The notes under the pieces are model-generated. The model worked only from the letters and a program-made list of their open reading frames with translations. It had not been told where the DNA came from and made no database searches. A stretch of 64,000 bases of DNA from Acidimicrobiales bacterium (GTDB lineage: Bacteria > Actinomycetota > Acidimicrobiia > Acidimicrobiales > Aldehydirespiratoraceae): contig JAKZTU010000093.1 in NCBI GenBank assembly GCA_047516945.1, forward strand, positions 2,456 through 66,455, given 5' to 3'. This document shows, piece by piece, positions 1-8,404 of the stretch. The translations under genes and the position numbers were made by a program. How positions within the stretch are numbered: position 1 is the first letter of the stretch; every line of letters begins with the position of its first letter.

Positions 1-179
1 ACTGCATCGCAGCTTTCGGCGAGCTCTCTGGGTGACGCGACTGAGGTCGCCCCTCGCTCGATGAACGACCGCACCACGGCTACATCAAGGTCGCGGACAA
101 CGAGGTCGATTCCGTTGCGCAAAAGACTACCTGCGAGCTTGCTACCGAGGTTGCCGAGCCCTACAAATCCGATCCTCAT
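1..179 (-). CDS. NAD(P)-dependent oxidoreductase, 3-hydroxyisobutyrate/6-phosphogluconate dehydrogenase-like (N-terminal part only; gene runs off the window start)
   Basis: Absent from the ORF track because there is no stop in the window. Reverse complement from ATG 179..177 reads MRIGFVGLGNLGSKLAGSLLRNGIDLVVRDLD, a GxGxxG Rossmann N-terminus. A GGAG lies just upstream. Confidence 0.55.
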   Translation of the reverse strand, partial: MRIGFVGLGNLGSKLAGSLLRNGIDLVVRDLDVAVVRSFIERGATSVASPRELAESCDA

Positions 180-246
180 GGTTCACTCCGGAGATAGTCG
201 TTGGTTTGAACCGCCCGTTGCCCGAGCTGCGGTGTGGCTCCTAGGT

Positions 247-798
247 TCAATTGTGTCGGGGGTCGTGTGGGTAGTGTGCCAAGTGGCGTAGTGATCCTGG
301 TTGGCGACCGCATACTTCCCACCAGAGATCATCGGGGTTGTCGGTGTGGACGTCGCTTCGTTCTGCATCCACAACGAACCAGCTACCTGTCACCAATTCG
401 GCTTCTAGCTGGCCGCCAGTCCACCCCGCGTAACCGGCGAACATCCTCACAGCGTTTACTCCAGGCACCTCCTCTGGGGCCAGATCGAGGTCGACCGTTC
501 CGATACTGCCGAGAATCTGATTCCAGTGATCGTCGGCGTTTTCGAGATGATATGACGCCAGAGCGATAACAGAGGACGGCGAGACGGGTCCACCGAGAAA
601 CACGACAGGGGGCTCTGTTGCCTGATCCGCCCAACCCTCAATGGCAGTGGATACCGGTAGCTCGCTGGGGCGGTTGAGGACCACGCCGATTGCTCCATCT
701 TGATTGTGTTCGAGCACGAAAATGACAGACCGGTAGAAGTTGTTGTCGAGCAGCGTCGGTGCAGCAACTAGCAGTTGTCCTCTGGTCGATTCGTGCAT
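247..798 (-). CDS. YqgE/AlgH family protein (UPF0301)
   Basis: Family-typical strings: GQLLVAAPTLLDNNFYRSVIFVLEHNQDGAIGVVLNRP and FAGYAGWTGGQLEAEL..GSWF. Confidence 0.85.
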   Translation of the reverse strand: MHESTRGQLLVAAPTLLDNNFYRSVIFVLEHNQDGAIGVVLNRPSELPVSTAIEGWADQATEPPVVFLGGPVSPSSVIALASYHLENADDHWNQILGSIGTVDLDLAPEEVPGVNAVRMFAGYAGWTGGQLEAELVTGSWFVVDAERSDVHTDNPDDLWWEVCGRQPGSLRHLAHYPHDPRHN

Positions 799-859
799 CG
801 TCTGTAGTCTCGCGTGATCCGGTGGCGCCTGTCACTAACCTCTTGAGCCCGGTAAACTG

Positions 860-1552
860 CTAGGGCGTCTCTGACCAGTCTTCTCCGTAGTCGAAGAGCA
901 ATTCTTCACCGGGGCTGATGTCGCGGAGCGTATAGAGGTCTGGGCCGTCGAAGAAAACGTTGGGGGAGCGGCTGTGGTTGAGAAAGCGAAGGTCGCCGAC
1001 TCCGTCGACGCCCTCCCATGTGCCATCGTCACCTTCGATCCACAGCACGTATCTGCCGTCAATCATGGTCGGAGCCCCTGAGTAGCGGCCGATAAGTCTT
1101 CCTTGTTCAAGTTTCATCAGAGCAAAGACCCCGGTCCCGTGTATGGGTGATTGTCTCGGTTCGAGCAGGTCGCTTCCTTCGGGTTGAAGGAGAACCACAT
1201 TTTCATTTTCATCTGCGGTCGGAGGGCGACGGTGTCGGCTGTCGGTTATCAGCGAATGAGTAACCGCTCGTTTAGCGAGGTCTTCGAGATCCGAACGCAG
1301 CGGGTCGCGCAACCAGCCGTCGACCGAGGCGCTGCCTGGAAACGAGACAACGAGCACTGCGTCGGGAATACCAGCCTCCGCAGCGGTATCTGCGATCCTT
1401 CGCTCGAGGACTCCGTTGGTTCGCGGCAGCAGCTGAACCAGGGCGTCCAGGTACTCTTCGAAGGCCTCTGGGTCGTCCCGGCCCCAGAGTTGCAGCGTGA
1501 GCTCGATGCGTCCGTCTTGGTCCACTTGTTGCACAGTACCCAAACAGAGCAC
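860..1552 (-). CDS. SET-domain methyltransferase with an N-terminal DUF1330/Dabb-like domain
   Basis: C-terminal ~100 aa has SET hallmarks (IHGTGVFAL, RFLNHSRSPN, EELLFDYG). N-terminal ~100 aa resembles DUF1330 (VVSFPGSASVDGWLRDP). The listed start is GTG, so the exact start is uncertain. Confidence 0.7.
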   Translation of the reverse strand: MLCLGTVQQVDQDGRIELTLQLWGRDDPEAFEEYLDALVQLLPRTNGVLERRIADTAAEAGIPDAVLVVSFPGSASVDGWLRDPLRSDLEDLAKRAVTHSLITDSRHRRPPTADENENVVLLQPEGSDLLEPRQSPIHGTGVFALMKLEQGRLIGRYSGAPTMIDGRYVLWIEGDDGTWEGVDGVGDLRFLNHSRSPNVFFDGPDLYTLRDISPGEELLFDYGEDWSETP

Positions 1553-1580
1553 GGCTATCGATTGATCTTTCAGATAGCCG
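1552..1580. promoter_or_regulatory. Perfect 8-bp inverted repeat (CGGCTATC-N13-GATAGCCG), candidate operator in a divergent promoter region
   Basis: Arms at 1552-1559 and 1573-1580 are exact reverse complements. The repeat lies between the divergently transcribed SET gene and the 1616 gene. Confidence 0.4.
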
Positions 1581-1615
1581 ATTCGCTGCGACTACACTCG
1601 TAACTTTACATAACG

Positions 1616-3259
1616 ATGATTTCCGGCGTTCTGGGTCTTGCGCTACCCACTCTGCGTCCGGGTATGCGGATACCGAACTGCCCGATACGGTTCTTGACCG
1701 TGGCTCGCAGGCTGGAAATCGAACTGACCTCTAATCGCGCTGACGGCAAGTGGACTTGGCGCGCTGCAGGAGCGAAACAACCCAAGGGAATCCTCGATGG
1801 TGCACTGCTCCCCGAAGGGGTTGGTGTCGGAGATGTTCTCAGAGTCGAGGCTGACGCAACCCTTGACGGACTTGAGATCACAACCATTCTGCCGACGCGG
1901 GCGCCTCGAAGCCGAGTCGAAACCCTACCCTTGCTCGATTCGGGTCGTGAGCAACCCTTGGTAACGTCTCAACTCGCTCCAAAGGGCCGCTCACGTGCCC
2001 GCGGAGCCGCTGGTGGCCGTCGAGACGCTGACTCCGCACCGCGAGGCAGAAAACGTGCTGATCGCAAGGAGAAGCGCCGTAGCGACACGCAACGCTCTGA
2101 CCGATCTGGAGCGACCCAACAGCACCGCCGCGGTGACCGCGATGGTCAGTCTCGTGATGAGCAGCCTGCCGATTCTCGGCGGGGCGACCGTCGGAGCAGG
2201 GCCCGAGATAGTCAGCGTGACGGCGCATCCGGCACCGGTTCCCCACGTGACCAGCGAAGCAAGAAACGACATGTTCGTGCTCGCCAGGAGCGTCCAAAAC
2301 CTCCCTCTACGCCTAGAGCTCCCCGCTTACGCCCCGGAAATAAGAACCGACGTGCCGCGCTCGCAGACATGCCTGAGATCCAACATGGAATCGCCGAAGA
2401 GGTTCTCAAAGGAGGAGTTCCTGGTGTGCGAAAAGCGATTGAGCGGATGAACAAGATGGCTGAGGCTGACGGTATTCCAAAGGTCAAGTCCGAACCGCTT
2501 GTTGCGCTGGCAGAGAAGATGACCCCCGTCTTGAAGGCTGCAGAGTGGCGTGACCGCGCTGAAGCTGCGATTTCGGGAATCGAAACCGTTGACCTACGCG
2601 ATATTCGTAGTGTGGTGGTCGCGGCCGATAGCGGTGCGCGAGACGAGCAATCCCGTGAACTCGCGGAGAAGTTGCGGGAAGGCCTGTCAGCTCGGGTGGA
2701 GAGCGAACACCGTTTGTGGCTCAACGAGATCGCGCAACATCTCGCCGATGGTCGGATCGTTCGTGCCTTGCGGCTCAGCAGTCGACCTCCAAAGGCCGGT
2801 TCTCCGCTTCCATTTGACATGGCCGAGCGTCTAACTAAAGCAGCCTCCGAGTCGTTGAGCAGCGAGGTTGCTCAACAACGGTGGGCGACCGTGCTTGACG
2901 CGGTGGCGTTCTCGCCTGTTCGTTCCCAGGTCACGCCACAGGGTTGCCCAGAAAATCCTAATGACCAGCTACTCGCTACCGTGCGAAAGTTGGCGCCAAA
3001 GGTCCCCGAGATTGCTGCTTTGTTCGGACCCGCGTCTTCCACTCCCGCGTCTTCCACTTCCAAAATGCGCGGTGGCGCCAACCGGCGGCTTGCGCCCCCT
3101 CCCCCACCAGCGGTACCTCCAGCAAAACCAGTGGTTGAAGAGTCGTCTGTTGGGCCTGTGGCAAAAGAACCGGCCGCGGATGCTGTGGTTGAAGAGGACC
3201 CCTCTGCCCCACCGATACCCGGATCGACGACCCAATCTGGGGGAGTCAGCAATGATTGA
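1616..3259 (+). CDS. Hypothetical protein with a ~150-aa Arg/Asp/Ser-rich disordered middle region and a Pro/Ala-rich tail
   Basis: Long ORF whose stop overlaps the next gene start (ATGATTGA). The structured-looking N-terminus (GKWTWRAAGAKQPKG..LRVEADATLDGLEI) and helical C-terminal half argue that it is real. No family recognised and the start is uncertain. Confidence 0.6.
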   Translation: MISGVLGLALPTLRPGMRIPNCPIRFLTVARRLEIELTSNRADGKWTWRAAGAKQPKGILDGALLPEGVGVGDVLRVEADATLDGLEITTILPTRAPRSRVETLPLLDSGREQPLVTSQLAPKGRSRARGAAGGRRDADSAPRGRKRADRKEKRRSDTQRSDRSGATQQHRRGDRDGQSRDEQPADSRRGDRRSRARDSQRDGASGTGSPRDQRSKKRHVRARQERPKPPSTPRAPRLRPGNKNRRAALADMPEIQHGIAEEVLKGGVPGVRKAIERMNKMAEADGIPKVKSEPLVALAEKMTPVLKAAEWRDRAEAAISGIETVDLRDIRSVVVAADSGARDEQSRELAEKLREGLSARVESEHRLWLNEIAQHLADGRIVRALRLSSRPPKAGSPLPFDMAERLTKAASESLSSEVAQQRWATVLDAVAFSPVRSQVTPQGCPENPNDQLLATVRKLAPKVPEIAALFGPASSTPASSTSKMRGGANRRLAPPPPPAVPPAKPVVEESSVGPVAKEPAADAVVEEDPSAPPIPGSTTQSGGVSND

Positions 3260-4013
3260 GTTCGAGACCTGTGACCATGTTGCGATCATTCGTCTTGATC
3301 GTGTTGAAGCCCGCAACGCTATCAATCCGGCGATGGCCGCAGCGATCGAATCAGCGATTGATCGCCTTGAAGAAGACGACGATCTGTGGATAGGAATATT
3401 GGCCCACAATGGACCGGTCTTCTGCGCAGGAGCTGACCTCAAAGAAATCGCCGCTGGCAACGGTGCCTTTCTCGGCACCGAGCGTGGAGGATTTGGTGGC
3501 ATTGTCCTTCGAGAGCGAACCAAGCCGCTTATTGCCGCGGTCGACGGTCATGCAGTTGCCGGAGGCACTGAGATCGTTTTGTCCTGTGATCTAGTGGTCG
3601 CTTCGACTATCGCAAAGTTTGGGATACCTGAGGTGAAGCGTTCACTGGTAGCTGCCGCGGGAGGTTTGGTACGTCTTCCTCGGGTGCTTCCTCCCAATAT
3701 CGCGATGGAACTCGCGGTAACTGGTGACACGCTGTCCGCAGAGCGAGCGCATCACTTCGGGTTGGTCAACGAACTGTGTCCTCCTGGCGAGGTGGTGGCC
3801 GCGGCTCAGGTACTTGCTGGGCGCATTGCTGCCAACGCTCCATTGGCGGTGCGCGAGAGCCGTCGGCTGATCCTTGAAGCGCCCGGTCAAACTGATTTGG
3901 AGGGGATCATTGAGGGTGGCCGGGTGACAACACGCTTGGCTTCGACTGAGGACTTCATCGAAGGTCCCAAAGCCTTCATCGAAAAGCGACCCCCAATCTG
4001 GAAAGGTCGTTGA
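3252..4013 (+). CDS. Enoyl-CoA hydratase/isomerase (crotonase family)
   Basis: MIEFETCDHVAIIRLDRVEARNAIN..FCAGADLKE..AVDGHAVAGG. The track ORF 2868..4013 is an N-terminal over-extension; ATG 3252 abuts the upstream stop. Confidence 0.9.
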   Translation: MIEFETCDHVAIIRLDRVEARNAINPAMAAAIESAIDRLEEDDDLWIGILAHNGPVFCAGADLKEIAAGNGAFLGTERGGFGGIVLRERTKPLIAAVDGHAVAGGTEIVLSCDLVVASTIAKFGIPEVKRSLVAAAGGLVRLPRVLPPNIAMELAVTGDTLSAERAHHFGLVNELCPPGEVVAAAQVLAGRIAANAPLAVRESRRLILEAPGQTDLEGIIEGGRVTTRLASTEDFIEGPKAFIEKRPPIWKGR

Positions 4014-4036
4014 GACAGGGTTGCCAGCGCCCTCCA

Positions 4037-4504
4037 CTAGTCCCGCAGCGACCGATGGACGCGTAGAGCTCGAGCAGTGAGGCCGAACGTTTCGAAGAAG
4101 TTTTTTGTTTCACGGTCCCCGGGAAGGGCGATCGAGTCAATGCCGATACAGGATTGTTCGGTGCACCATCGCTCAACCAGCCCGATGAGCGCCTCACCGC
4201 ATCCCACGCCGCGGGCGTCAGGGATAACGTAGATATCGGTGACTTGGCCGAGAGTACTGCCATCGTGAAGCTCAACGAGGTCGACTCCGGCGTAACCCAC
4301 GATCGTGTTGTCAATGCATGCAACGGCCAGCAATCCAGCATCCATTGTTGCACGCAGGCTGGCGCCCAATGGTTCAGAGCGGGCTTCGCGTTGGGACCAG
4401 ACAGCACCACCACGATTAGGGCGTAGTTCCTCGATTGCATCGGCGCACATCCTGGTTACCTCTGCTAGGTCGGCTATCACAGCCCGGCGTGCGTCAACGT
4501 CCAC
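4037..4504 (-). CDS. GNAT family N-acetyltransferase
   Basis: Acetyl-CoA binding region IYVIPDARGVGCGEALI and a size of 155 aa. Confidence 0.85.
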   Translation of the reverse strand: MDVDARRAVIADLAEVTRMCADAIEELRPNRGGAVWSQREARSEPLGASLRATMDAGLLAVACIDNTIVGYAGVDLVELHDGSTLGQVTDIYVIPDARGVGCGEALIGLVERWCTEQSCIGIDSIALPGDRETKNFFETFGLTARALRVHRSLRD

Positions 4505-4506
4505 GA

Positions 4507-5025
4507 TCAGTCGCTCGGAGAGTTCGGAGAGTGATGAAGCGCGCTTAGTTGCTTGATTCGGTTGGTTACAGTTTGGCGGTCTCGATGCGTCAGCTCGTAG
4601 TCAAGAATTTCGTCGAGTTGCTGTTGGTCAAGCGCTTCCAACTTTTCCAACAATTGCGGCGCGGAAAAGGCGTTGTAATTCTTGATAGGCAAAGAGAGAT
4701 CGTCTTCGCTTGATTCACCGTGATCATCGAGTTCATCGGATAGCTCGTGTTCATCGGTGGTCATCGAGCCGAGAGCGGCACCCGCCGCCTCGACCAGCTG
4801 GCGAAACAATGGTGCCGTTTCGTCTCGTCCCCGATTGCCGGCGACCTTGCCTGCGAGCTGAGTCAATGCCACTTGGCCCCTGCCGCGATCGGCGAGTTTT
4901 GGAATTAGATCCTTGGCTTCCAACAACAAACCGATAGGCGCATAGATCAATAGATCGAGCAATTGCTCGCCAAGGTTCTCCTCGTCGCTCACGTGGCACC
5001 AACCGGCCCACCGCAATGTGGACAT
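4507..5025 (-). CDS. Hypothetical protein (acidic C-terminal half)
   Basis: ORF lies 2 nt upstream of the GNAT gene on the same strand. Its 5' end overlaps the DUF4193 gene by 37 nt, so the true start is probably internal. No family recognised. Confidence 0.5.
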   Translation of the reverse strand: MSTLRWAGWCHVSDEENLGEQLLDLLIYAPIGLLLEAKDLIPKLADRGRGQVALTQLAGKVAGNRGRDETAPLFRQLVEAAGAALGSMTTDEHELSDELDDHGESSEDDLSLPIKNYNAFSAPQLLEKLEALDQQQLDEILDYELTHRDRQTVTNRIKQLSALHHSPNSPSD

Positions 5026-5444
5026 TCATCGTCGACTACTGCTGCACTGTTTACCAACAAGAAGCAATGCGGACAAGAAAACTCGTTGTCTCCGCGGGCG
5101 ATCACCGGTTCGGCTTCCCCCGAGGCACCAGTAGCGGATCGTATTGTGGGCGTTTCTTCCTCGTCAACGTCGGCTTGATCATCGCCAGCGGCAATGCGTT
5201 CCTTGAGGATGGCATCGAGATCGGCTTCTACCTCGTCGTCGTCTTCGTCTTCGTCTTCGTCTTCGTCTTCGTCTTCGTCGTGATCGGCCTCTTCGTCGTC
5301 GTCGTCGTCTTCGTCTTCGTCGAGATCGGCCTCTACGTCGTCTTCGTCGTCGTTGAGTTCGTCGTCGTCGAGATCGTCGTCTTCTTCTAGGTCGTGATCG
5401 AATTCGTCGTCGAGGTCTTCGTTTTCAGAGATGTTGTCGTTCAC
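4989..5444 (-). CDS. DUF4193-like zinc-ribbon protein with a hyper-acidic N-terminal region
   Basis: C-terminus DNEFSCPHCFLLVNSAAVVDDECPHCGG matches my recollection of the DUF4193 CxxC..CxxC region. The first ~100 aa are almost entirely D/E. Confidence 0.7.
   Translation of the reverse strand: MNDNISENEDLDDEFDHDLEEDDDLDDDELNDDEDDVEADLDEDEDDDDDEEADHDEDEDEDEDEDEDDDEVEADLDAILKERIAAGDDQADVDEEETPTIRSATGASGEAEPVIARGDNEFSCPHCFLLVNSAAVVDDECPHCGGPVGAT
5241..5276. repeat. (GTCTTC)x6 perfect hexanucleotide repeat inside the DUF4193 CDS, encoding (ED)6
   Basis: Read directly from the sequence. It is flanked by further GTC/GTCGTC/TTC triplet runs from about 5215 to 5400. Confidence 0.95.
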
Positions 5445-5519
5445 CGTCGGTTCCTGAAGCCAGAGATGTTGCCGCGGATCATAGACAATGCGAAGCGCGA
5501 CGCAACCTTCGAAAGCGGA

Positions 5520-7139
5520 TTAACCGAGATCGCTGTCTTGGCGGCGTTTCTCCGCACGTTGTTCCGCAGAGAGACGACCCAGCGGCGTGTCAGATGAGTA
5601 ATCAACAAAGCGCATCGCCTCGGCCAACGCCAAGTGCCCCGCCTTCTCGCCGATTTGGGTGTGCATTCGTTGACAGATACGGCGGTAGGCCTCATGTCCC
5701 TGCGGCGTTGTGCGCAACTCAAGCATGTGCATTGCCTCGCGCGCGTTGAATTGCATTGAGTAGCGAATTCGGTAAGCCAATGACACTGCATAACGAGCGC
5801 TGTCGCGATGCTCTCCCACAAGCGCATTGTGAAGCGATTCGGAGCGCGCCATCGCGCCGCGGTACTCCTCGGCGACCCCCGCGGCCTCGACTGCGTCAGG
5901 CATCACGTATCCATGGCGTGGCGAAAGCGGCTGCCAGTCGATAGTGAGCATCCGGTGCCGCTGAAGATCGCGGAAAGCGCCGTAGTCCGAGAGCACATCG
6001 AAGCGGTAGCCAGTTCGTTCGAAGGCTCGCCCGGGCCGATGGCGGCGGTTGTCTCGGTGCCCCACGTAAGCCTTGATAACTTCGATTCGCTCCTCCACCG
6101 ACATTTGATGAACCCGAGCCTCAAGCATCCGCTCGGAGAGCGACGTGTAGGGATACAGGCAAGCGGTGACAACCTTCAGTTCACCTTCGGGATCAAAGTC
6201 GACTAGATCAACGACATCGTCGTCAACCACTCCCCCGGTCTCGTAGCCGAGTATCTGATCGCTGATTGCTTCCATCGAGTCGCGCGTGTCAGTCATGTAA
6301 TTCGTGGAGCGCACCCCACGATCTGGAAGATCAACGCGCTTGAGGAACGATGGGATCACCTTGCGCAGTTCCGTCAACATCAGGTCGGCATACGAGTGGG
6401 ACTCGGGCAACGGGTGGCTTCTCATTCGCAACAACAGTGCTTCGTATGCCTGGCCCGTACCGTATATTCCGACATTGGACAGAGAAGCTGCAGGCAACAT
6501 TCCACGGATCGCATCAAGCGCTCTCGCCTTTATCGCGATGCGGTAAGCGAAATCGCTGTCACCGTCATTTTTTGGAATCACCTCGCGAAAGAAAGCCTGC
6601 ATTTGCGGAATCAAATGCGAGTAGGCGTCGAAGATTCGATCCATGTCTGCCACGTAACGCGTGCCTAGCTGCGAACTCAAGATCTGCGGATCACGGTAGT
6701 AGCGATAACGCCCCCCCAATCGTTGGTCATATGCGATGTAGCGCGTGCTCTGTTCCAGGTAGGCCATGAGGCGGCCCCATTCCAGCACCTTGGTCAAGAT
6801 GTTGGAAGCCTGTTCGCACGCCAAGTGGACACCGCCAAGCTGAGCCACGCTGTCGTCGCCATACTCAAAAAAGACTCTGTCGTATAACTCTTCTGCACGC
6901 CGCAATCCGACAGTTGCGTCGATGGTCTGGTCACCTTCAATGTCGAGGTCGCCCACAAATTCTTGAAGAAACAGCCGACGCAGGCTCAAAGGTGAACGCG
7001 AATACCTGGCGAAAAGTGCTCCCTTCACGACTTCGGGAAGGTTGACCAAAGCGAATACAGGTTGATCGAGATTCGTGAAATAGCGACGAAGGATGTCGGC
7101 CTCGTCGGCGCTGAAGTCCTCGGCGATATAGACCGTCAT
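5520..7139 (-). CDS. thyX: Flavin-dependent thymidylate synthase, long (~540 aa) ThyX-family form
   Basis: ARYSRS and DLQRHRMLT ThyX-type motifs. Start set at ATG 7139 (MTVYIAEDF) because the track start at 7208 would overlap the upstream gene. Confidence 0.75.
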   Translation of the reverse strand: MTVYIAEDFSADEADILRRYFTNLDQPVFALVNLPEVVKGALFARYSRSPLSLRRLFLQEFVGDLDIEGDQTIDATVGLRRAEELYDRVFFEYGDDSVAQLGGVHLACEQASNILTKVLEWGRLMAYLEQSTRYIAYDQRLGGRYRYYRDPQILSSQLGTRYVADMDRIFDAYSHLIPQMQAFFREVIPKNDGDSDFAYRIAIKARALDAIRGMLPAASLSNVGIYGTGQAYEALLLRMRSHPLPESHSYADLMLTELRKVIPSFLKRVDLPDRGVRSTNYMTDTRDSMEAISDQILGYETGGVVDDDVVDLVDFDPEGELKVVTACLYPYTSLSERMLEARVHQMSVEERIEVIKAYVGHRDNRRHRPGRAFERTGYRFDVLSDYGAFRDLQRHRMLTIDWQPLSPRHGYVMPDAVEAAGVAEEYRGAMARSESLHNALVGEHRDSARYAVSLAYRIRYSMQFNAREAMHMLELRTTPQGHEAYRRICQRMHTQIGEKAGHLALAEAMRFVDYSSDTPLGRLSAEQRAEKRRQDSDLG

Positions 7140-7150
7140 TTGTGCAGAGG

Positions 7151-8326
7151 TTATTCGCTTGGCGAGAACGAGCCGCGGATGGCGGGCAGCGCGTCGGGGT
7201 CTCCCCAACAGTCAACGATGGTCATAGCCATGGTCAATGCACCATCAATGACCGCTTGATCAGCTGCTTTTGAGCGAGCATGGGTTTCAAACTCTGGTGT
7301 GTGAATGGCGACACCTTGAGGCGCAACTTTGATCATTGGATGGATTGACGGAACGGCATGACTGACGTTGCCCATGTCTGTGCTGCCGACGACAATCTGC
7401 TTGTCATCTTGGGGACTCACGGCACGACCGTTCGCGGCGGAGTTGCGCACATAAAGATCGAGCAGTGGAGCGTTGTCAATCATGTTGTAATACGGCGGGT
7501 CTTTCCAAACACTGTGCATCTCGCAACAGGCCGCAGTTGCTCCGGCCTCGAGGCATGCCGTGAAGCGTTCCTTGAGGCGTTGCAGGCTGTCGATATTGCC
7601 GGATCTCACGTACCATTGAGCCGCTGCTCGCGATGGGACAATGTTGGGTTTCTCGCCAGCTTCGGTGAAGATACCGTGGATACGCTCGTTGGGGCGGATG
7701 TGCTGGCGTAATGCGGCCACTGCGTTGTAGCCCAGCACGGCGGCGTCAAGCGCATTGCGTCCCAATTGAGGGGCTGCGGCGGCATGAGATGCTTTGCCTT
7801 CATAAGTTACGTCGACTGTGTGAACGGCTATGACCTGCATTTTCTCGATGTCGTGATCGGCCGGGTGAACCATCATGGCCGCAGCGACATCGTCGAACGC
7901 CCCTCTGCGGATCATGAACTCCTTGCCTCCGCCGCCTTCTTCGGCCGGAGTCCCGAGAATGGCCACACGTCCGCCCAGTGCTTCAGCCACAGTGGCAGCG
8001 GCAAGGCCCGCTCCAAGCCCCGCGGCGGCGATCACATTGTGGCCACAGGCATGACCGATTCCCGGAAGAGCGTCGTACTCACAGCACACCGCGATGGTGG
8101 GACCATCGGTTCCGGCTCGGGTATCGAAAGCGGTCGACAAGTCGTAGGCTCCGCGTTCAACAGAGAGACCCTCGTCTTCTATCGCGGCGGTGAGAACCTC
8201 GTGGGCATGATGCTCTTCGAACCCGAGTTCTGGATTCGCGTGGAGAGAGTGAGAGATTTCCAGCAGCTTCGGGGCTAGACGCTCGACCTCGGTGCGGACT
8301 GTTCTCTTGGCCTCAATTACATCCAT
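7151..8326 (-). CDS. M20 family amidohydrolase/metallopeptidase
   Basis: HANPELGFEE, CCEYDALPGIGHACGHN, GTPAEEGGGGK. Confidence 0.85.
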   Translation of the reverse strand: MDVIEAKRTVRTEVERLAPKLLEISHSLHANPELGFEEHHAHEVLTAAIEDEGLSVERGAYDLSTAFDTRAGTDGPTIAVCCEYDALPGIGHACGHNVIAAAGLGAGLAAATVAEALGGRVAILGTPAEEGGGGKEFMIRRGAFDDVAAAMMVHPADHDIEKMQVIAVHTVDVTYEGKASHAAAAPQLGRNALDAAVLGYNAVAALRQHIRPNERIHGIFTEAGEKPNIVPSRAAAQWYVRSGNIDSLQRLKERFTACLEAGATAACCEMHSVWKDPPYYNMIDNAPLLDLYVRNSAANGRAVSPQDDKQIVVGSTDMGNVSHAVPSIHPMIKVAPQGVAIHTPEFETHARSKAADQAVIDGALTMAMTIVDCWGDPDALPAIRGSFSPSE

Positions 8327-8384
8327 CCTGCGATTCTAGAGGCGCTCAGCCACTGCAGCGGGCGTTCCAGCGGCGAAATCTAAC

Positions 8385-8403
8385 GGCGCGAACCTTGCGC
8401 GCC
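8385..8403 (-). terminator. Hairpin terminator candidate after the tatA-tatC-8405 operon
   Basis: GGCGCG-N7-CGCGCC stem-loop starting 2 nt past the stop at 8405. On the transcribed strand it is followed by GTTAGATTT. Confidence 0.5.
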
Positions 8404-8404
8404 C

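Noticed and set aside
1878-2820. Long ORFs on both strands overlapping the 1616-3259 gene (for example 1995-2450 plus strand, 2212-2820 minus strand, 1878-2297 minus strand)
   Set aside because: Their composition is Arg/Ala/Ser/Pro-biased, as is typical of out-of-frame reading of high-GC coding DNA. They carry no motifs and lie wholly inside a better ORF.
2868-3251. N-terminal extensions offered by the ORF track, also at 7140-7208, 15966-16166, 18566-18634, 42083-42298, 49651-49854, 50896-51270, 52401-52475, 54126-54206 and 55283-55378
   Set aside because: Each extension overlaps the neighbouring real gene or AT-rich non-coding DNA. Each is followed by an internal start that matches the family's usual N-terminus.
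4037-5025. GNAT toxin-antitoxin pair (GNAT plus an upstream small gene)
   Set aside because: The upstream protein is 172 aa and acidic, with no RHH or DUF1778-like features. The GNAT gene looks like an ordinary operon member.
8217-8232. Actinobacterial SOS-box-like sequence TCGAACCCGAGTTCTG
   Set aside because: It lies about 100 nt inside the M20 peptidase coding region. The second half-site is imperfect (GTTCTG rather than GTTCGA), and it is not in a promoter.
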